Shown: piece by piece, positions 1-13,104 of the stretch
Numbering within the stretch: the stretch's first letter is position 1
Layout of the letters: the number at the start of each line of letters is the position of its first letter
Source of the DNA: Candidatus Aminicenantes bacterium
GTDB taxonomy: Bacteria; Acidobacteriota; Aminicenantia; Aminicenantales; JAFGBC01
Reading direction: 5' to 3'
Assembly (NCBI GenBank): GCA_963702005.1
Contig: OY969696.1
Location: forward strand, 3,360,001-3,424,000
DNA: 64,000 bases
The notes under the pieces: model-generated
The model's database searches: none
Seen by the model: only the letters and a program-made list of their open reading frames with translations
Told to the model about the DNA's origin: nothing
Position numbers and translations under genes: made by a program

Positions 1-2
1 GG

Positions 3-3504
<3,502 letters not shown>

Positions 3505-3535
3505 GACAACCTCCCTTTCGGCCGATTCATAAAAA

Positions 3536-3807
<272 letters not shown>

Positions 3808-3824
3808 TTATTTATTACCTCTAT

Positions 3825-5096
3825 TTAAAAACGATAACCGACCCCGGCCCGGAACATGATTCCGTCCCAGAAGCCCGCTTCGGCGATCGCGGACAGGCCG
3901 CGGACGATGTCGCCCTTGACGCCGATCCCGAGGTGGAGAAGGACGAAGATGTTGGGAATGTTGAAGTCGGTCTCTTCCTCGGCTTCGGTAAAGGTCTTGA
4001 CGATGGTGTCCTCGATGACCTTCTGCTGGGTCAGGTACTGGAACGTCCCTTTCCAGGCGTAGCCGACGTTGCCGTCCAGGACGGCCAGTCCCAGGCCGCA
4101 GCTGAAATAGGGCGTCACCCGCCAGGAGGGCACGATCTCCCAGCGGAAGCTCAGGTTCGTCGAGAACGGGCGCGTCTCGATATAGCCGCTGGAATCGACT
4201 TGGGACGAGCCGCCCGGGGCGTAGGTCTGCTTGACCGGGCCGGAGATCATGAACTTGAGATGGGTCTTCTCGAAGGACAGCTCGAGGCTGAAGCCCCCTT
4301 TCCGTCCTTTCGGATAGAAACGGACTCCGAACCCGTAGTTGGAGCCGCTCGAATCGAAGGCGATGCTTTCTTCATACCCGGTCTGGGCGAGAAGCGGATA
4401 GGACTTTTGGAGTTGGCCGAGGACTTTTTTCCGGATCTCTTTGGCCAGGTTGTCGGTGACGTAGGATTCGAAGAGGCCCTTAACCGGGTTGATGCTCCAG
4501 GAAGAGAGATGGGCTTCGATCTCCCACTTCTCTCTCCAATCGGTCTCGCCCAGGAGCCTGAGGCCGGTCGCCGGCTGCGTCTGAGGAGCGGGGGGAGTCA
4601 CCTGCTTGGGAGGCTCCTGGACCGGGGCCTGGACGGGGGCTTGAACCGGAGGGGCCGCCGGCCGAGGCTCCTGCTGAGCGGGTTCGGCCAAGGCCGCCCG
4701 CTCCTTGCGGACATCCATGAAGAGAAGAACGAAGGACTCGGGATAGATCCGGTCGATGGGCTCCTTCTGGGGGTCGTATTCCAGCGTTTCGTTGAGCCAC
4801 TTGCGGGCGCTGTCGCGGTCGTTCAGCGAAAAGTAGCAGATGGCCAGGCCGAGCGAGGCCCGGGCGAGCTCCGCGCGTTCGAGCGAAAGAGTGGTGATTT
4901 CGAAATAGTTCTCGAGGGCGGTCGCGAAATCCCCCCGATCGAAGGCGGTATCGGCCGCGCCGAAAAGCCGCCCGACCCGTTCCTGAGCCTGCGTTTTTTC
5001 CTGGCCGACCAGCCCGCCGGCGAGCCAGGCGCAGAGGAGGCCGGCCGCGATCAAGGCCAGCGCAGGCTTGGGAGCGCGATGTCCGTCCATACTCAC
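3825..5096 (-). CDS. Secreted TPR-repeat protein with Pro/Gln linker and probable C-terminal outer-membrane beta-barrel
   Basis: Signal peptide, TPR-like helices (ARASLGLAICYF), PVQA repeats, amphipathic strands ending in RAGVGYRF. Confidence 0.65.
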   Translation of the reverse strand: MSMDGHRAPKPALALIAAGLLCAWLAGGLVGQEKTQAQERVGRLFGAADTAFDRGDFATALENYFEITTLSLERAELARASLGLAICYFSLNDRDSARKWLNETLEYDPQKEPIDRIYPESFVLLFMDVRKERAALAEPAQQEPRPAAPPVQAPVQAPVQEPPKQVTPPAPQTQPATGLRLLGETDWREKWEIEAHLSSWSINPVKGLFESYVTDNLAKEIRKKVLGQLQKSYPLLAQTGYEESIAFDSSGSNYGFGVRFYPKGRKGGFSLELSFEKTHLKFMISGPVKQTYAPGGSSQVDSSGYIETRPFSTNLSFRWEIVPSWRVTPYFSCGLGLAVLDGNVGYAWKGTFQYLTQQKVIEDTIVKTFTEAEEETDFNIPNIFVLLHLGIGVKGDIVRGLSAIAEAGFWDGIMFRAGVGYRF

Positions 5097-5143
5097 CGTC
5101 CTTTCACGGCATCCCAGACAGGGTACGTGAATCGTCGGCGGCT

Positions 5144-5226
5144 GTCAAATCATCGACACCCATACTAAGCCGTTTTCAGCTTAGTATGAGTACTGCAAGG
5201 CTGGGTGGCGTCGGCGAACGGGTCAA
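5144..5226. repeat. GTCAA-bounded palindromic element, copy 1 (83 bp)
   Basis: GTCAAATCATCGAC...CATACTAAGC/GCTTAGTATG hairpin...TCGGCGAACGGGTCAA. Confidence 0.85.
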
Positions 5227-5263
5227 ATAACCGATGGCCCCTGCGGTCGCCAACCCGTGAGAA

Positions 5264-5291
5264 TTGACACGCCGCCGAATCGACCTATAAT
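5264..5291 (+). promoter_or_regulatory. Consensus sigma70 promoter for the zinc peptidase gene
   Basis: TTGACA-16 bp-TATAAT, about 22 bp before ATG 5314. Confidence 0.75.
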
Positions 5292-5313
5292 AAATAAAGT
5301 CGAATAGAGAGGT

Positions 5314-6009
5314 ATGGCTATGCTTTTTCATGATTCCACTTTTTTTCTTTTAATACCGCCCCTCATCCTGGCCCTCTATGCTCAAGCCAAGGTGCGGGGG
5401 ACCTACGCCAAATTCAGTCGCATCATCGCCTCGTCGCGGATCACGGGCGCCGAGGCCGCCCGCCAGCTCCTCCAGACGGGGGCGGCCGGAGACGTCCCAA
5501 TCGAGAAGATCCCGGGCCAGCTCAGCGATCATTACGACCCGCGCAAGAAGGTCCTGCGCCTCTCGGCCGGCGTTCACGACAGCAACTCGATCGCCGCCCT
5601 GGGCATCGCCGCCCACGAAACCGGACACGCCCTCCAGCACCACAACCACTACGGACCGCTCTATCTCCGGAACGCCATCTACCCGGTGGCCAATATCGGG
5701 TCGACCCTCGCCTTCCCGCTCTTCTTCATCGGGTTCCTGATGAGCCGCCGGGGACCGAGCCTCTTGATGGACCTGGGAATCTTCCTCTTCGCCGGCGCGG
5801 TCGCCTTCTCGATCATCACGCTTCCGGTGGAGTTCAACGCCTCCAAGCGGGCCATGGTCCTGCTCGAGGAGCGAGGCTTCCTGAACAAGCAGGAGCTGGG
5901 CGGGGCGCGGGCCGTCCTCTCGGCGGCGGCCTTGACCTACGTCGCGGCCACGGCCATGGCGGCCATGCAGCTCCTCCGTATGTTCATGCTGCGTCAGTCG
6001 CGCGATTAG
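5314..6009 (+). CDS. Membrane neutral zinc metallopeptidase (YugP/Zn_peptidase_2 family)
   Basis: LSDHYDP, AAHETGHALQH (HExxH), TLPVEFNASKRA, LSAAALTYVA. Confidence 0.9.
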   Translation: MAMLFHDSTFFLLIPPLILALYAQAKVRGTYAKFSRIIASSRITGAEAARQLLQTGAAGDVPIEKIPGQLSDHYDPRKKVLRLSAGVHDSNSIAALGIAAHETGHALQHHNHYGPLYLRNAIYPVANIGSTLAFPLFFIGFLMSRRGPSLLMDLGIFLFAGAVAFSIITLPVEFNASKRAMVLLEERGFLNKQELGGARAVLSAAALTYVAATAMAAMQLLRMFMLRQSRD

Positions 6010-6011
6010 CG

Positions 6012-6060
6012 ATCGGGGCCAAGCCTGCGCTTTGCCGCAGAGCGCAGGCTTAGCCCCGAT
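6012..6060. terminator. Long near-perfect hairpin between convergent genes (bidirectional terminator or REP-like)
   Basis: ATCGGGGCCAAGCCTGCGCT...AGCGCAGGCTTAGCCCCGAT. Confidence 0.6.
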
Positions 6061-6065
6061 TACGA

Positions 6066-6326
6066 TTATGTCTCTTGGGGGGCGACTTTGAACAGTTTAT
6101 CGCCTTTATGGACGGGCTCGGCCACCTTCATGGCCACTTCCGCCCCCGGCCCGGCCGAATCAACCTTCCGATGATCGATCTCCAGGGAAGCGACCGGCTG
6201 GGTGAATTCCCTGGCATGCCCCGCGATCAGAATCGTCTCCCCGACCTTCAAATCGCCGCTGAGCTGGACGACGGCCACCCCGATATGGTTGAAATAGTGG
6301 GTCACCTGACCGATGCAAACGTCCAT
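6066..6326 (-). CDS. Small stand-alone beta-barrel protein (translation-factor domain II / peptidase U32 C-terminal-like)
   Basis: IGQVTHYFNHIGVAVV, LKVGETI, FTQPVASLEID, VHKGDKLFK; GGAG RBS. Confidence 0.75.
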   Translation of the reverse strand: MDVCIGQVTHYFNHIGVAVVQLSGDLKVGETILIAGHAREFTQPVASLEIDHRKVDSAGPGAEVAMKVAEPVHKGDKLFKVAPQET

Positions 6327-6398
6327 CGCTCCCTCCTTGACAAAGCGCTGGGGAAAAGCCTTCCGCTACAAGAACAATATATCCGGCCGAAGGCCTAA

Positions 6399-6466
6399 GT
6401 CAACCCCTCGACACCCAGGGAAACCATGAGTACTGCAAGGCTGGGTAGCGTCGGCGAACGGGTCAA
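6399..6466. repeat. GTCAA-bounded element, copy 2 (68 bp)
   Basis: GTCAACCCCTCGACACCCA...ATGAGTACTGCAAGGCTGGGTAGCGTCGGCGAACGGGTCAA. Confidence 0.85.
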
Positions 6467-6559
6467 CCTTGCCTATTCACGGCCTTGACAGGGCCTCATC
6501 CCGGGTGTAGAAAGATGTCTTGCCCTTGCTCCGGACCCCTCACTCACAAGGAGGTTTCG

Positions 6560-9160
6560 ATGAGAATTCCATCCCCATCCTTCAAAGCCATTATCCTTCT
6601 TCTGTCGCTTCTCTTGCCCTTCGCCGCCTCGGCCCAGACGCCGCCCGATCAGTTCCTGGGTCACCAGGTCGGCGCCGACCGCAAACTCGCCGACTACGGC
6701 CAGATCAGGGCCTACTTCGAAAAGCTGGACCAGGAGTCGCCCAAGCTCACGCTCGTCACGATCGGCGAGTCCGTCCAGAAAAGGCCCATGATCATGGCGA
6801 TCATCACGGCCGAAGAGAATATGGCCAAGCTCGACGCCTACCGCGAGATCGCCCGCAAACTCAAGGAATCGCGCGGCCTCTCGGCCGACGACGCCCGCCG
6901 CCTGGCCCACGAGGGCAAGGCCATCGTCCTCATCACCTGCAGCATCCACGCCTCCGAGATCGCGGCTTCCCAGATGTCGATGGAGTTCGCCTACGACCTC
7001 GTCACGGGCAGGACGCCCTTCGATGCCGCCGCCGTCCTCAAGGACGTCATCATTCTCCTCGTTCCCAGCCACAACCCCGACGGCAACCAGATGGTCGTCG
7101 ACTGGTACCGCAAGTACCTGGGGACCAAGTTCGAGGGCGGCAACCTGCCCTGGCTCTACCACGTCTACGCCGGCCACGACAACAACCGCGACTGGTTCAT
7201 GTTCAACCTTCCCGAGACCCGGGCCGTGACCAAGGTCCTCTACCACGACTGGTTCCCCCAAATCCACATCGACGAGCACCAGATGGGCTCGAACGGCGCG
7301 CGGCTGTTCATCCCGCCCTTCATGGATCCGCCCATCCCCAACGTCCAGCCCCTCCTCTGGCGGAGCGTCAACCTGTGCGGCGCCAACATGGCCTACGACC
7401 TCCAGAAGAACGGCAAAAGCGGGGTCGTCCACGGCCGGAGCTTCACCGGCTGGTGGATCGGCGCCTGCGACGACACCTCCTGGCTTCACAACACGGTCGG
7501 GATTCTGAGCGGAATGGCCTCGGTCCGCGCGGCCACCCCCGTCTTCATCGAACCCGGCGAGGTCCAGAGGGATTATGTCAAAAAGCAGATGGAGTTCCCC
7601 GATCCATGGCCGGGAGGCTGGTGGCGGCTCCGCGACATCGTCGATTACGAGCTCACCCTGTCGATGAGCCTGGTCAATACCGCCTTCCTCCGTAGGGAGG
7701 ACTTCCTGTTCAACTCCTACCTGATGTCCAAGAACAGCATCGAGACGCACGACAAAAGCCAGCCCTACGCCTTCGTCATCCCGCCCCGCCAGAACGATTA
7801 CCTGACCATGCTCAAGATGATCGACGTCCTCATGTTCGGCGGCGTCGAAGTCTCTAAAGCCCAGTCCGATTTCATCGCCGACGGCAAGCTCTATCCGGCC
7901 GGATCCTATGTCGTCCTGCTTACCCAGCCCTTCAAGCCCTATGCCTGGGCCCTCCTCGACAAGCAGAAATATCCCGACCTGCGCGAGTATCCCGGCGGCC
8001 CGCCCGTCCCGCCCTATGACAACGCGGGCTGGACGCTCCCGCTCCAGATGGGGGTCGCCTGCGACCGGATCGAGGGCGCGTTTGACGCCAAGCTGGAAAA
8101 GGTCGCCAAGGTCGAATACCCCCAGCCGCCGGCCGGGCAGGGCGCCTCGGCCTGGTTCGCCCTCGACTGCCGGACCAACGCCGCCTACCCGATGGTCTTC
8201 GCCCTCCTCAAGGACAAAGCCGAAGTCTACCGGACCAAAGCGTTCGTCACCCGGAAAGGGACCGAGATCCCGGCCGGAAGTTTCATCGTTAAGAACACGG
8301 CCGAGGTGAAAAAGGCCCTGCCCGGATTGGCCTCGAAGTACATCATGGCCGTCCTCGACCTCGACGACGCGGCCGACATCGACAAGGCCCCGGTCAAGTT
8401 CAACCGGGTCGGCCTGTACCAGTCCTGGAAATCCAGCATGGATGAAGGCTGGACGCGCTACGTCTTCGACGACTTGGGCATTCCTTTTACGTCCCTGCAC
8501 AACAAGGACTTCAAGGTCGAAAAGGGGAAGAAGCTCGACCTCAAGGCGAACTACGACGTCATCATCTTCCCCGATGAGAACGCGGACATCATCAAGACCG
8601 GAAAACCCGACCCCAACTCCCCGTTCGCCCGCTGGATAACGCCCATGCCCCCCGAATACGAGGGCGGGATCGAGCAGGCCGGCGTCGACGCCCTCAAGGC
8701 CTTCGTCGAGTCGGGCGGAATCGTGGTCGCGCTCAACGGGGCCGGCCAGTTCGCCATCAAGGAGCTCCAGGTGCCGGCCCGCGACGGGTTGGACAAGGTC
8801 GAGCCGTCCAAATTCTTCTGCCCGATGTCGATCCTCAAGCTCGAGGTCGACAACACGACGCCGATCGGGTACGGACTCTCCAAGACGACGCCGGCCGTAT
8901 TCTCGGACAGCCCCGGCTTCGAGACCCGGGTCCCGCCCAACGAGTGGGACCGCAAGGTCGTGGCCAGCTATCCGGAGGAGGACGTGCTGATGAGCGGCTG
9001 GCTGCTGGGCGAAGACGTCATCGCCCGCAAGGCGGCCGTCGTCGACTTCCAGTACAAGAAAGGGCGCATCATCCTGATCGGGATCGTTTCCCAGAACCGG
9101 GCCCAGTCCCACGGGACTTACAAGTTCCTGCTCAACGCGCTCCTCTACCCGCAGAGCTGA
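6560..9160 (+). CDS. Secreted M14-family zinc carboxypeptidase with C-terminal glutamine-amidotransferase-like domain
   Basis: AGGAGG RBS before ATG 6560, signal peptide, SIHASE, NPDG, DNNRDW, IDEHQMG. Confidence 0.85.
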   Translation: MRIPSPSFKAIILLLSLLLPFAASAQTPPDQFLGHQVGADRKLADYGQIRAYFEKLDQESPKLTLVTIGESVQKRPMIMAIITAEENMAKLDAYREIARKLKESRGLSADDARRLAHEGKAIVLITCSIHASEIAASQMSMEFAYDLVTGRTPFDAAAVLKDVIILLVPSHNPDGNQMVVDWYRKYLGTKFEGGNLPWLYHVYAGHDNNRDWFMFNLPETRAVTKVLYHDWFPQIHIDEHQMGSNGARLFIPPFMDPPIPNVQPLLWRSVNLCGANMAYDLQKNGKSGVVHGRSFTGWWIGACDDTSWLHNTVGILSGMASVRAATPVFIEPGEVQRDYVKKQMEFPDPWPGGWWRLRDIVDYELTLSMSLVNTAFLRREDFLFNSYLMSKNSIETHDKSQPYAFVIPPRQNDYLTMLKMIDVLMFGGVEVSKAQSDFIADGKLYPAGSYVVLLTQPFKPYAWALLDKQKYPDLREYPGGPPVPPYDNAGWTLPLQMGVACDRIEGAFDAKLEKVAKVEYPQPPAGQGASAWFALDCRTNAAYPMVFALLKDKAEVYRTKAFVTRKGTEIPAGSFIVKNTAEVKKALPGLASKYIMAVLDLDDAADIDKAPVKFNRVGLYQSWKSSMDEGWTRYVFDDLGIPFTSLHNKDFKVEKGKKLDLKANYDVIIFPDENADIIKTGKPDPNSPFARWITPMPPEYEGGIEQAGVDALKAFVESGGIVVALNGAGQFAIKELQVPARDGLDKVEPSKFFCPMSILKLEVDNTTPIGYGLSKTTPAVFSDSPGFETRVPPNEWDRKVVASYPEEDVLMSGWLLGEDVIARKAAVVDFQYKKGRIILIGIVSQNRAQSHGTYKFLLNALLYPQS

Positions 9161-9180
9161 CCGCGGCCGGAATTCGTCTT

Positions 9181-9978
9181 CTAGTCGTACTTGATCTCGG
9201 TCTCGACCGTGAAATATTTATAGTTCTTATAGATGACGGAGATTCGGGCGTTCACGAATATCTTTCCGTCTTCATCGGCATACGCCTGCTCGCTGAAATT
9301 CCGGCTGGGAAAACGCAGCCCGTTTTTCTCGAAGCCGTATTCGGAAAAAGCGCTGACCTGGGGGACGGCGTTGTGGGTCTTGGCCCACTCTTCAATGCTC
9401 TGGAAGTTCCCGAGCGACTTCTGGTCCCAGACGATCTTCAGGACGCTGCCGTCGTCCTCCTTGATCCAGACCCTGCCCCAAGGATGCGGCTCACTGAGCC
9501 GAGGCCCCGGCACAGCCTCGATCACCACCGCCTTTTCCTTGTTGAAGATCTCGTCCCCGACAATTTGATATTCTAAATAAGCTTGCCAGGATTCGCTCAG
9601 CAGCCCGATCGGCCCGAAGAAGACATTCTCGTACTGGAACATGGCCGTTTTCAGCGTGGAGTCCCGGCTATCCGCCTTCTTTCCGTTGACCGCTAAAAGG
9701 TTTCTTTTTTCCTGGGCCGCCTGATTCTTCCGGATGAATTGATAGTCGTACAAATAGACGTCGGTATGGGGGGACCAATAGCGTGAAAACTCCGTCACTT
9801 CCTCAAGGCAGACGAAGTCGAGCGCGGCCCTATCCAGGCGCCGGCAGTAGTCCTCCGATTTTTTCAGGATCGCGGCCAGCCTCGGCTGGTCGGCGTGTGG
9901 ATGGGGAGTGAGCCGGAGGGAGGACACGCAGACTGCCGCGGCTAGGATGAAGACCTTTCCGGCGAAACTGCGGGCCAT
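9181..9978 (-). CDS. Secreted hypothetical protein, paralog of 52595..53482
   Basis: Shares YCxRLxxAALDFVCLEE, YLYDxQFIRK, ENVxFGPIGLL, GSVLKIxWDQ, EYGFEKNGLRFPS, YKNYxxFTVE with the paralog. Confidence 0.8.
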   Translation of the reverse strand: MARSFAGKVFILAAAVCVSSLRLTPHPHADQPRLAAILKKSEDYCRRLDRAALDFVCLEEVTEFSRYWSPHTDVYLYDYQFIRKNQAAQEKRNLLAVNGKKADSRDSTLKTAMFQYENVFFGPIGLLSESWQAYLEYQIVGDEIFNKEKAVVIEAVPGPRLSEPHPWGRVWIKEDDGSVLKIVWDQKSLGNFQSIEEWAKTHNAVPQVSAFSEYGFEKNGLRFPSRNFSEQAYADEDGKIFVNARISVIYKNYKYFTVETEIKYD

Positions 9979-10021
9979 TCTCCCCCGTCCATCGGAAATA
10001 ATAGGGGGCCGTCCTGTATCT

Positions 10022-10176
10022 GTCAACCCCTCGATTCCCCGGCCATCAGGCCGGGGCTTGTATAGGGGTAACCCTGAGCCTCGGCGAACGGGTCAACCCC
10101 TCGACACCCATACTAAGCCGTTTTCGGCTTAGTATGAGTGCTGCAAGGCGGGGCTAAGGGTCGGCGAACGGGTCAA
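10022..10176. repeat. GTCAA-bounded elements, copies 3 and 4 in tandem sharing one GTCAA (10092-10096)
   Basis: Two units GTCAACCCCTCGA...TCGGCGAACGGGTCAA with different internal hairpins. Confidence 0.9.
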
Positions 10177-10315
10177 GCCGCGATCGGCGGCGGCCTGGCC
10201 TACAACTTTTTCGGCGCCGCCGGCGTTCTACTCCGCATCCGTCATCCCGCGGCGCTGGACATTCAGCGTTCCAGAAATTACTTCAGAAACTCCGCCGCGA
10301 AGGGGGAAGCCTTGA

Positions 10316-10844
10316 TCATCCGGCGAGCTCGCGGATCCGGTCGAGGTCCAGCTCGCCCTTGGCCCCCCAGCCGCGCACGCCTTCGGGAATTTGGGGACGG
10401 AACCGCTCATACAACGAAAAAGCGCGGACGGCTAATTCTTGAGGCTCCCAAGCGCGCGAAAGCTCTTCCATGGCCCGCCGAACGGATGGAAGCGCCTCTC
10501 CGAATTTGCCCTCGAGATACCTCTCGACTCCGTCGGGTTCGACCGGCCGGCTTCCCTCCACGGCACGGATGCCGTGGTCGGTCTTTAGGGCGGGAAGAGG
10601 GCGGCCGAGAAGCTCGAACCCAGAACATCTCTCCCGGCCGGGCTCTCTTCGGAGGAGCGGTCTCGGGCCGCTCGGGCGGCTTGTAGATGCCGAGGCGGCG
10701 CCCCTTGGACTGGGCGTTGAGCCCGGCCAGGACCTTGCCCAAAGAAAGCGACGCCTCACGGTTAAAGCCCAGCCGCTCGGCCACCACGCTGGCCCACAGA
10801 GTCAGCACCGGCGCTCGATTGACTTGGACGACAACGCGTGCCAT
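10316..10844 (-). pseudogene. Hypothetical protein split by a +1 frameshift near 10617 (possibly a sequencing error)
   Basis: N-half VNRAPVLTLWASVVAERLG...AQSKGRRLGIY joins C-half ELLGRP...LYERFRPQIPEGVRGWGAKGELDL when one T of TGGGTTCGAG is removed. Confidence 0.75.
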
Positions 10845-10989
10845 CCGAATCCGTTTACTCGATGCCTAATTCTTCCAGGAACTGGTTCGAGAATAACAAT
10901 AAGAGGAGCAAACGTCAATTGACACCTCCTCTCATCATGATTTATTATCCCAGCCGGCGGAACGTAGGTCCCTTCCAGGAGAAACAAAA

Positions 10990-13104
10990 ATGAAAAAAAG
11001 CGCGACTTCTAAACAACCGCTTGGACTCATCGGAATCATCGTCTTAGCGGCCGTTATCTGCGGTCCGGCCCGGGCCGCGGACAACGCCCGCCGCGTCCCC
11101 ACCGTTGACGATCTCCAGGCGCTGCAATCGCCCGGACGGGCCGAGATTTCTCCCGATGGCGCTTTAATCGCCTACACGTTGACCGAGACGGATCTTACCA
11201 AAGATTCCTACCTCACTCACATCTGGTTGGCCGAAACGGCCACCGGCAAGCGCTTCCAGCTTACCCGCGGCGACAAATCCTGCAGCAGCCCCGGCTGGTC
11301 GCCCGACGGACATTGGCTGGCCTTCACAAGCGACCGCGCCGGCGATAAGAGCCAGGTCTTCATCATCAGCCCGACGGGGGGAGAAGCCATCCAACTCACT
11401 AAAGCCGAGAACGGCGTTGGGGACTTCGGATGGTCTCCGGACGGCCGGATGCTGGCTTTTTTAGCCGCCGAGCCGGAATCGAAAACCCTCAAGAATCGCA
11501 AAGACTATCTGGGCGATTTTGACGTCGTGCATAAGGACTATAGCTACGTCCAGCTATGGACGGTCGATGTCGCCGAGGCCCTGAAGAGCCCGCAGCCCGG
11601 ACGGCAGCGGACAAAAGGGACCGGCTTCAGCCTGAGCTCTTTCAGCTGGTCCCCCGACGGCGGCAGGATCGCCTTCAGCGCGACACTCAACCCCGACCTT
11701 ATTCAAGGGGGCACGGAGGATGTCTATGTCCTGAACCTGGCCGATGATTCGGTCAAGAAGATCGTCGTTCAGCCCGGCCCGGATTCCTCGCCCCACTGGT
11801 CTCCCGACGGTGGGAAGATCCTTTTCTCGACCTATCTGGGCCAGACCCGTTTTTATCCCCTCGTTTCCAGGCTGGCCGTCGTTTCCCCGGACGGCGGCCC
11901 TGTCCGGTCGCTGACCGACGGCTTCGATGAGGACCCCGGGTTCGTGGCCTGGACCGCCCAGGGAATCTATTTCTCGGCTCTGCAAAAAACCGCCTCCCAC
12001 CTATTCCGGCTCGACCCGGCGACATCGCAAATCGAGCGGATCAGCGCGCCCGACGATTTTCTCGGGGATTCGTTCTCTCTCAGCCGCGATGGAAAACAGC
12101 TGGGCTTCATCGCCGCCTCGGCCGTTTCGCTTTCCGAAGTCTATGTCTCGGGCCTGCCCTTCAAGCCGCGGCGCCTGACCGATCTGAACGAGCAGACCAA
12201 GTCTCTTATTCTGGGAACTCGCGAAGTCATAACCTGGAAAAGCAAAGACGGCGTCGACATCGAAGGCGTTTTGATCAAGCCCGCGGACTTCAGCCCCGCT
12301 AAAAAATACCCCTTGTTGTGCGTCATCCACGGCGGTCCCACCGGCATCGACCTTCCCGACCTCCTCGAGTCCGACAGGTACGTTTATCCGTCCGATATCT
12401 GGGCCGCCCGCGGCGCCTTGATCCTCAAGGTCAACTACCGCGGCAGCGCGGGCTACGGACAGAAATTTCGAGAGCTGAACTATCGCAATCTGGGCGTCGG
12501 CGACGCTTGGGACGTCCTCTCCGGCGTCGACTATCTTATTCAAAAGGGGTGGGTGGATCCTGGGCGCATGGGCTGCATGGGCTGGAGCCAGGGCGGATAC
12601 ATCTCGGCCTTCTTGACGACGTCGTGCGACCGGTTCAAGGCCGTCTCCGTCGGCGCCGGCATTTCGGACTGGGCGACCTATTACTACAACACCGATATCA
12701 CTCCCTTCACCGTCAATTACCTGGGCGCCAATCCGGTGGACGACCCGCGCATCTACCTGAAGACCTCGCCCATGTCCTATATCAAAAAGGCCCGGACGCC
12801 GACCCTCATCCAGCATGGGGAGCTGGACCGGAGGGTCCCTATTCCCAACGCCTATGAGCTGAGACAGGGCCTCGAGGACCGGGGCGTGCCCGTGGAGATG
12901 ATCGTTTATAAGGGCTTCGGCCATGGGATCCGAAAGCCCAAGTCGAGGCGGGCCGCCATGGACCACAACCTGGCTTGGTTCAACCATTATATTTTCGGCG
13001 ATCCGAAGCCTGATTTTGCGAATCCGTCGGTTCCCGAAAAGACGGATCAACCGACCGGCGCTTCGACGGCGCCCGAAGCCAAGAAGGGATTGCTTTTATA
13101 TTGA
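10990..13104 (+). CDS. S9 family (dipeptidyl/acylaminoacyl) peptidase with PD40 beta-propeller
   Basis: WSPDG repeats, IHGGP, NYRGS, GWSQGG, HGELDRRV, GFGH. Confidence 0.92.
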   Translation: MKKSATSKQPLGLIGIIVLAAVICGPARAADNARRVPTVDDLQALQSPGRAEISPDGALIAYTLTETDLTKDSYLTHIWLAETATGKRFQLTRGDKSCSSPGWSPDGHWLAFTSDRAGDKSQVFIISPTGGEAIQLTKAENGVGDFGWSPDGRMLAFLAAEPESKTLKNRKDYLGDFDVVHKDYSYVQLWTVDVAEALKSPQPGRQRTKGTGFSLSSFSWSPDGGRIAFSATLNPDLIQGGTEDVYVLNLADDSVKKIVVQPGPDSSPHWSPDGGKILFSTYLGQTRFYPLVSRLAVVSPDGGPVRSLTDGFDEDPGFVAWTAQGIYFSALQKTASHLFRLDPATSQIERISAPDDFLGDSFSLSRDGKQLGFIAASAVSLSEVYVSGLPFKPRRLTDLNEQTKSLILGTREVITWKSKDGVDIEGVLIKPADFSPAKKYPLLCVIHGGPTGIDLPDLLESDRYVYPSDIWAARGALILKVNYRGSAGYGQKFRELNYRNLGVGDAWDVLSGVDYLIQKGWVDPGRMGCMGWSQGGYISAFLTTSCDRFKAVSVGAGISDWATYYYNTDITPFTVNYLGANPVDDPRIYLKTSPMSYIKKARTPTLIQHGELDRRVPIPNAYELRQGLEDRGVPVEMIVYKGFGHGIRKPKSRRAAMDHNLAWFNHYIFGDPKPDFANPSVPEKTDQPTGASTAPEAKKGLLLY

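Noticed and set aside
4600-4660. PVQA-encoding 12-bp tandem repeats
   Set aside because: Ordinary low-complexity linker
6473-9112. Long antisense ORFs (e.g. 6473..9112, 18677..19930, 31471..33135, 41252..42799, 59775..60821)
   Set aside because: Shadow frames opposite well-supported genes, expected with high GC3 codon bias
10914-10924. Palindrome GTCAATTGAC as an element or operator
   Set aside because: Explained by back-to-back -35 boxes of divergent promoters; no element body
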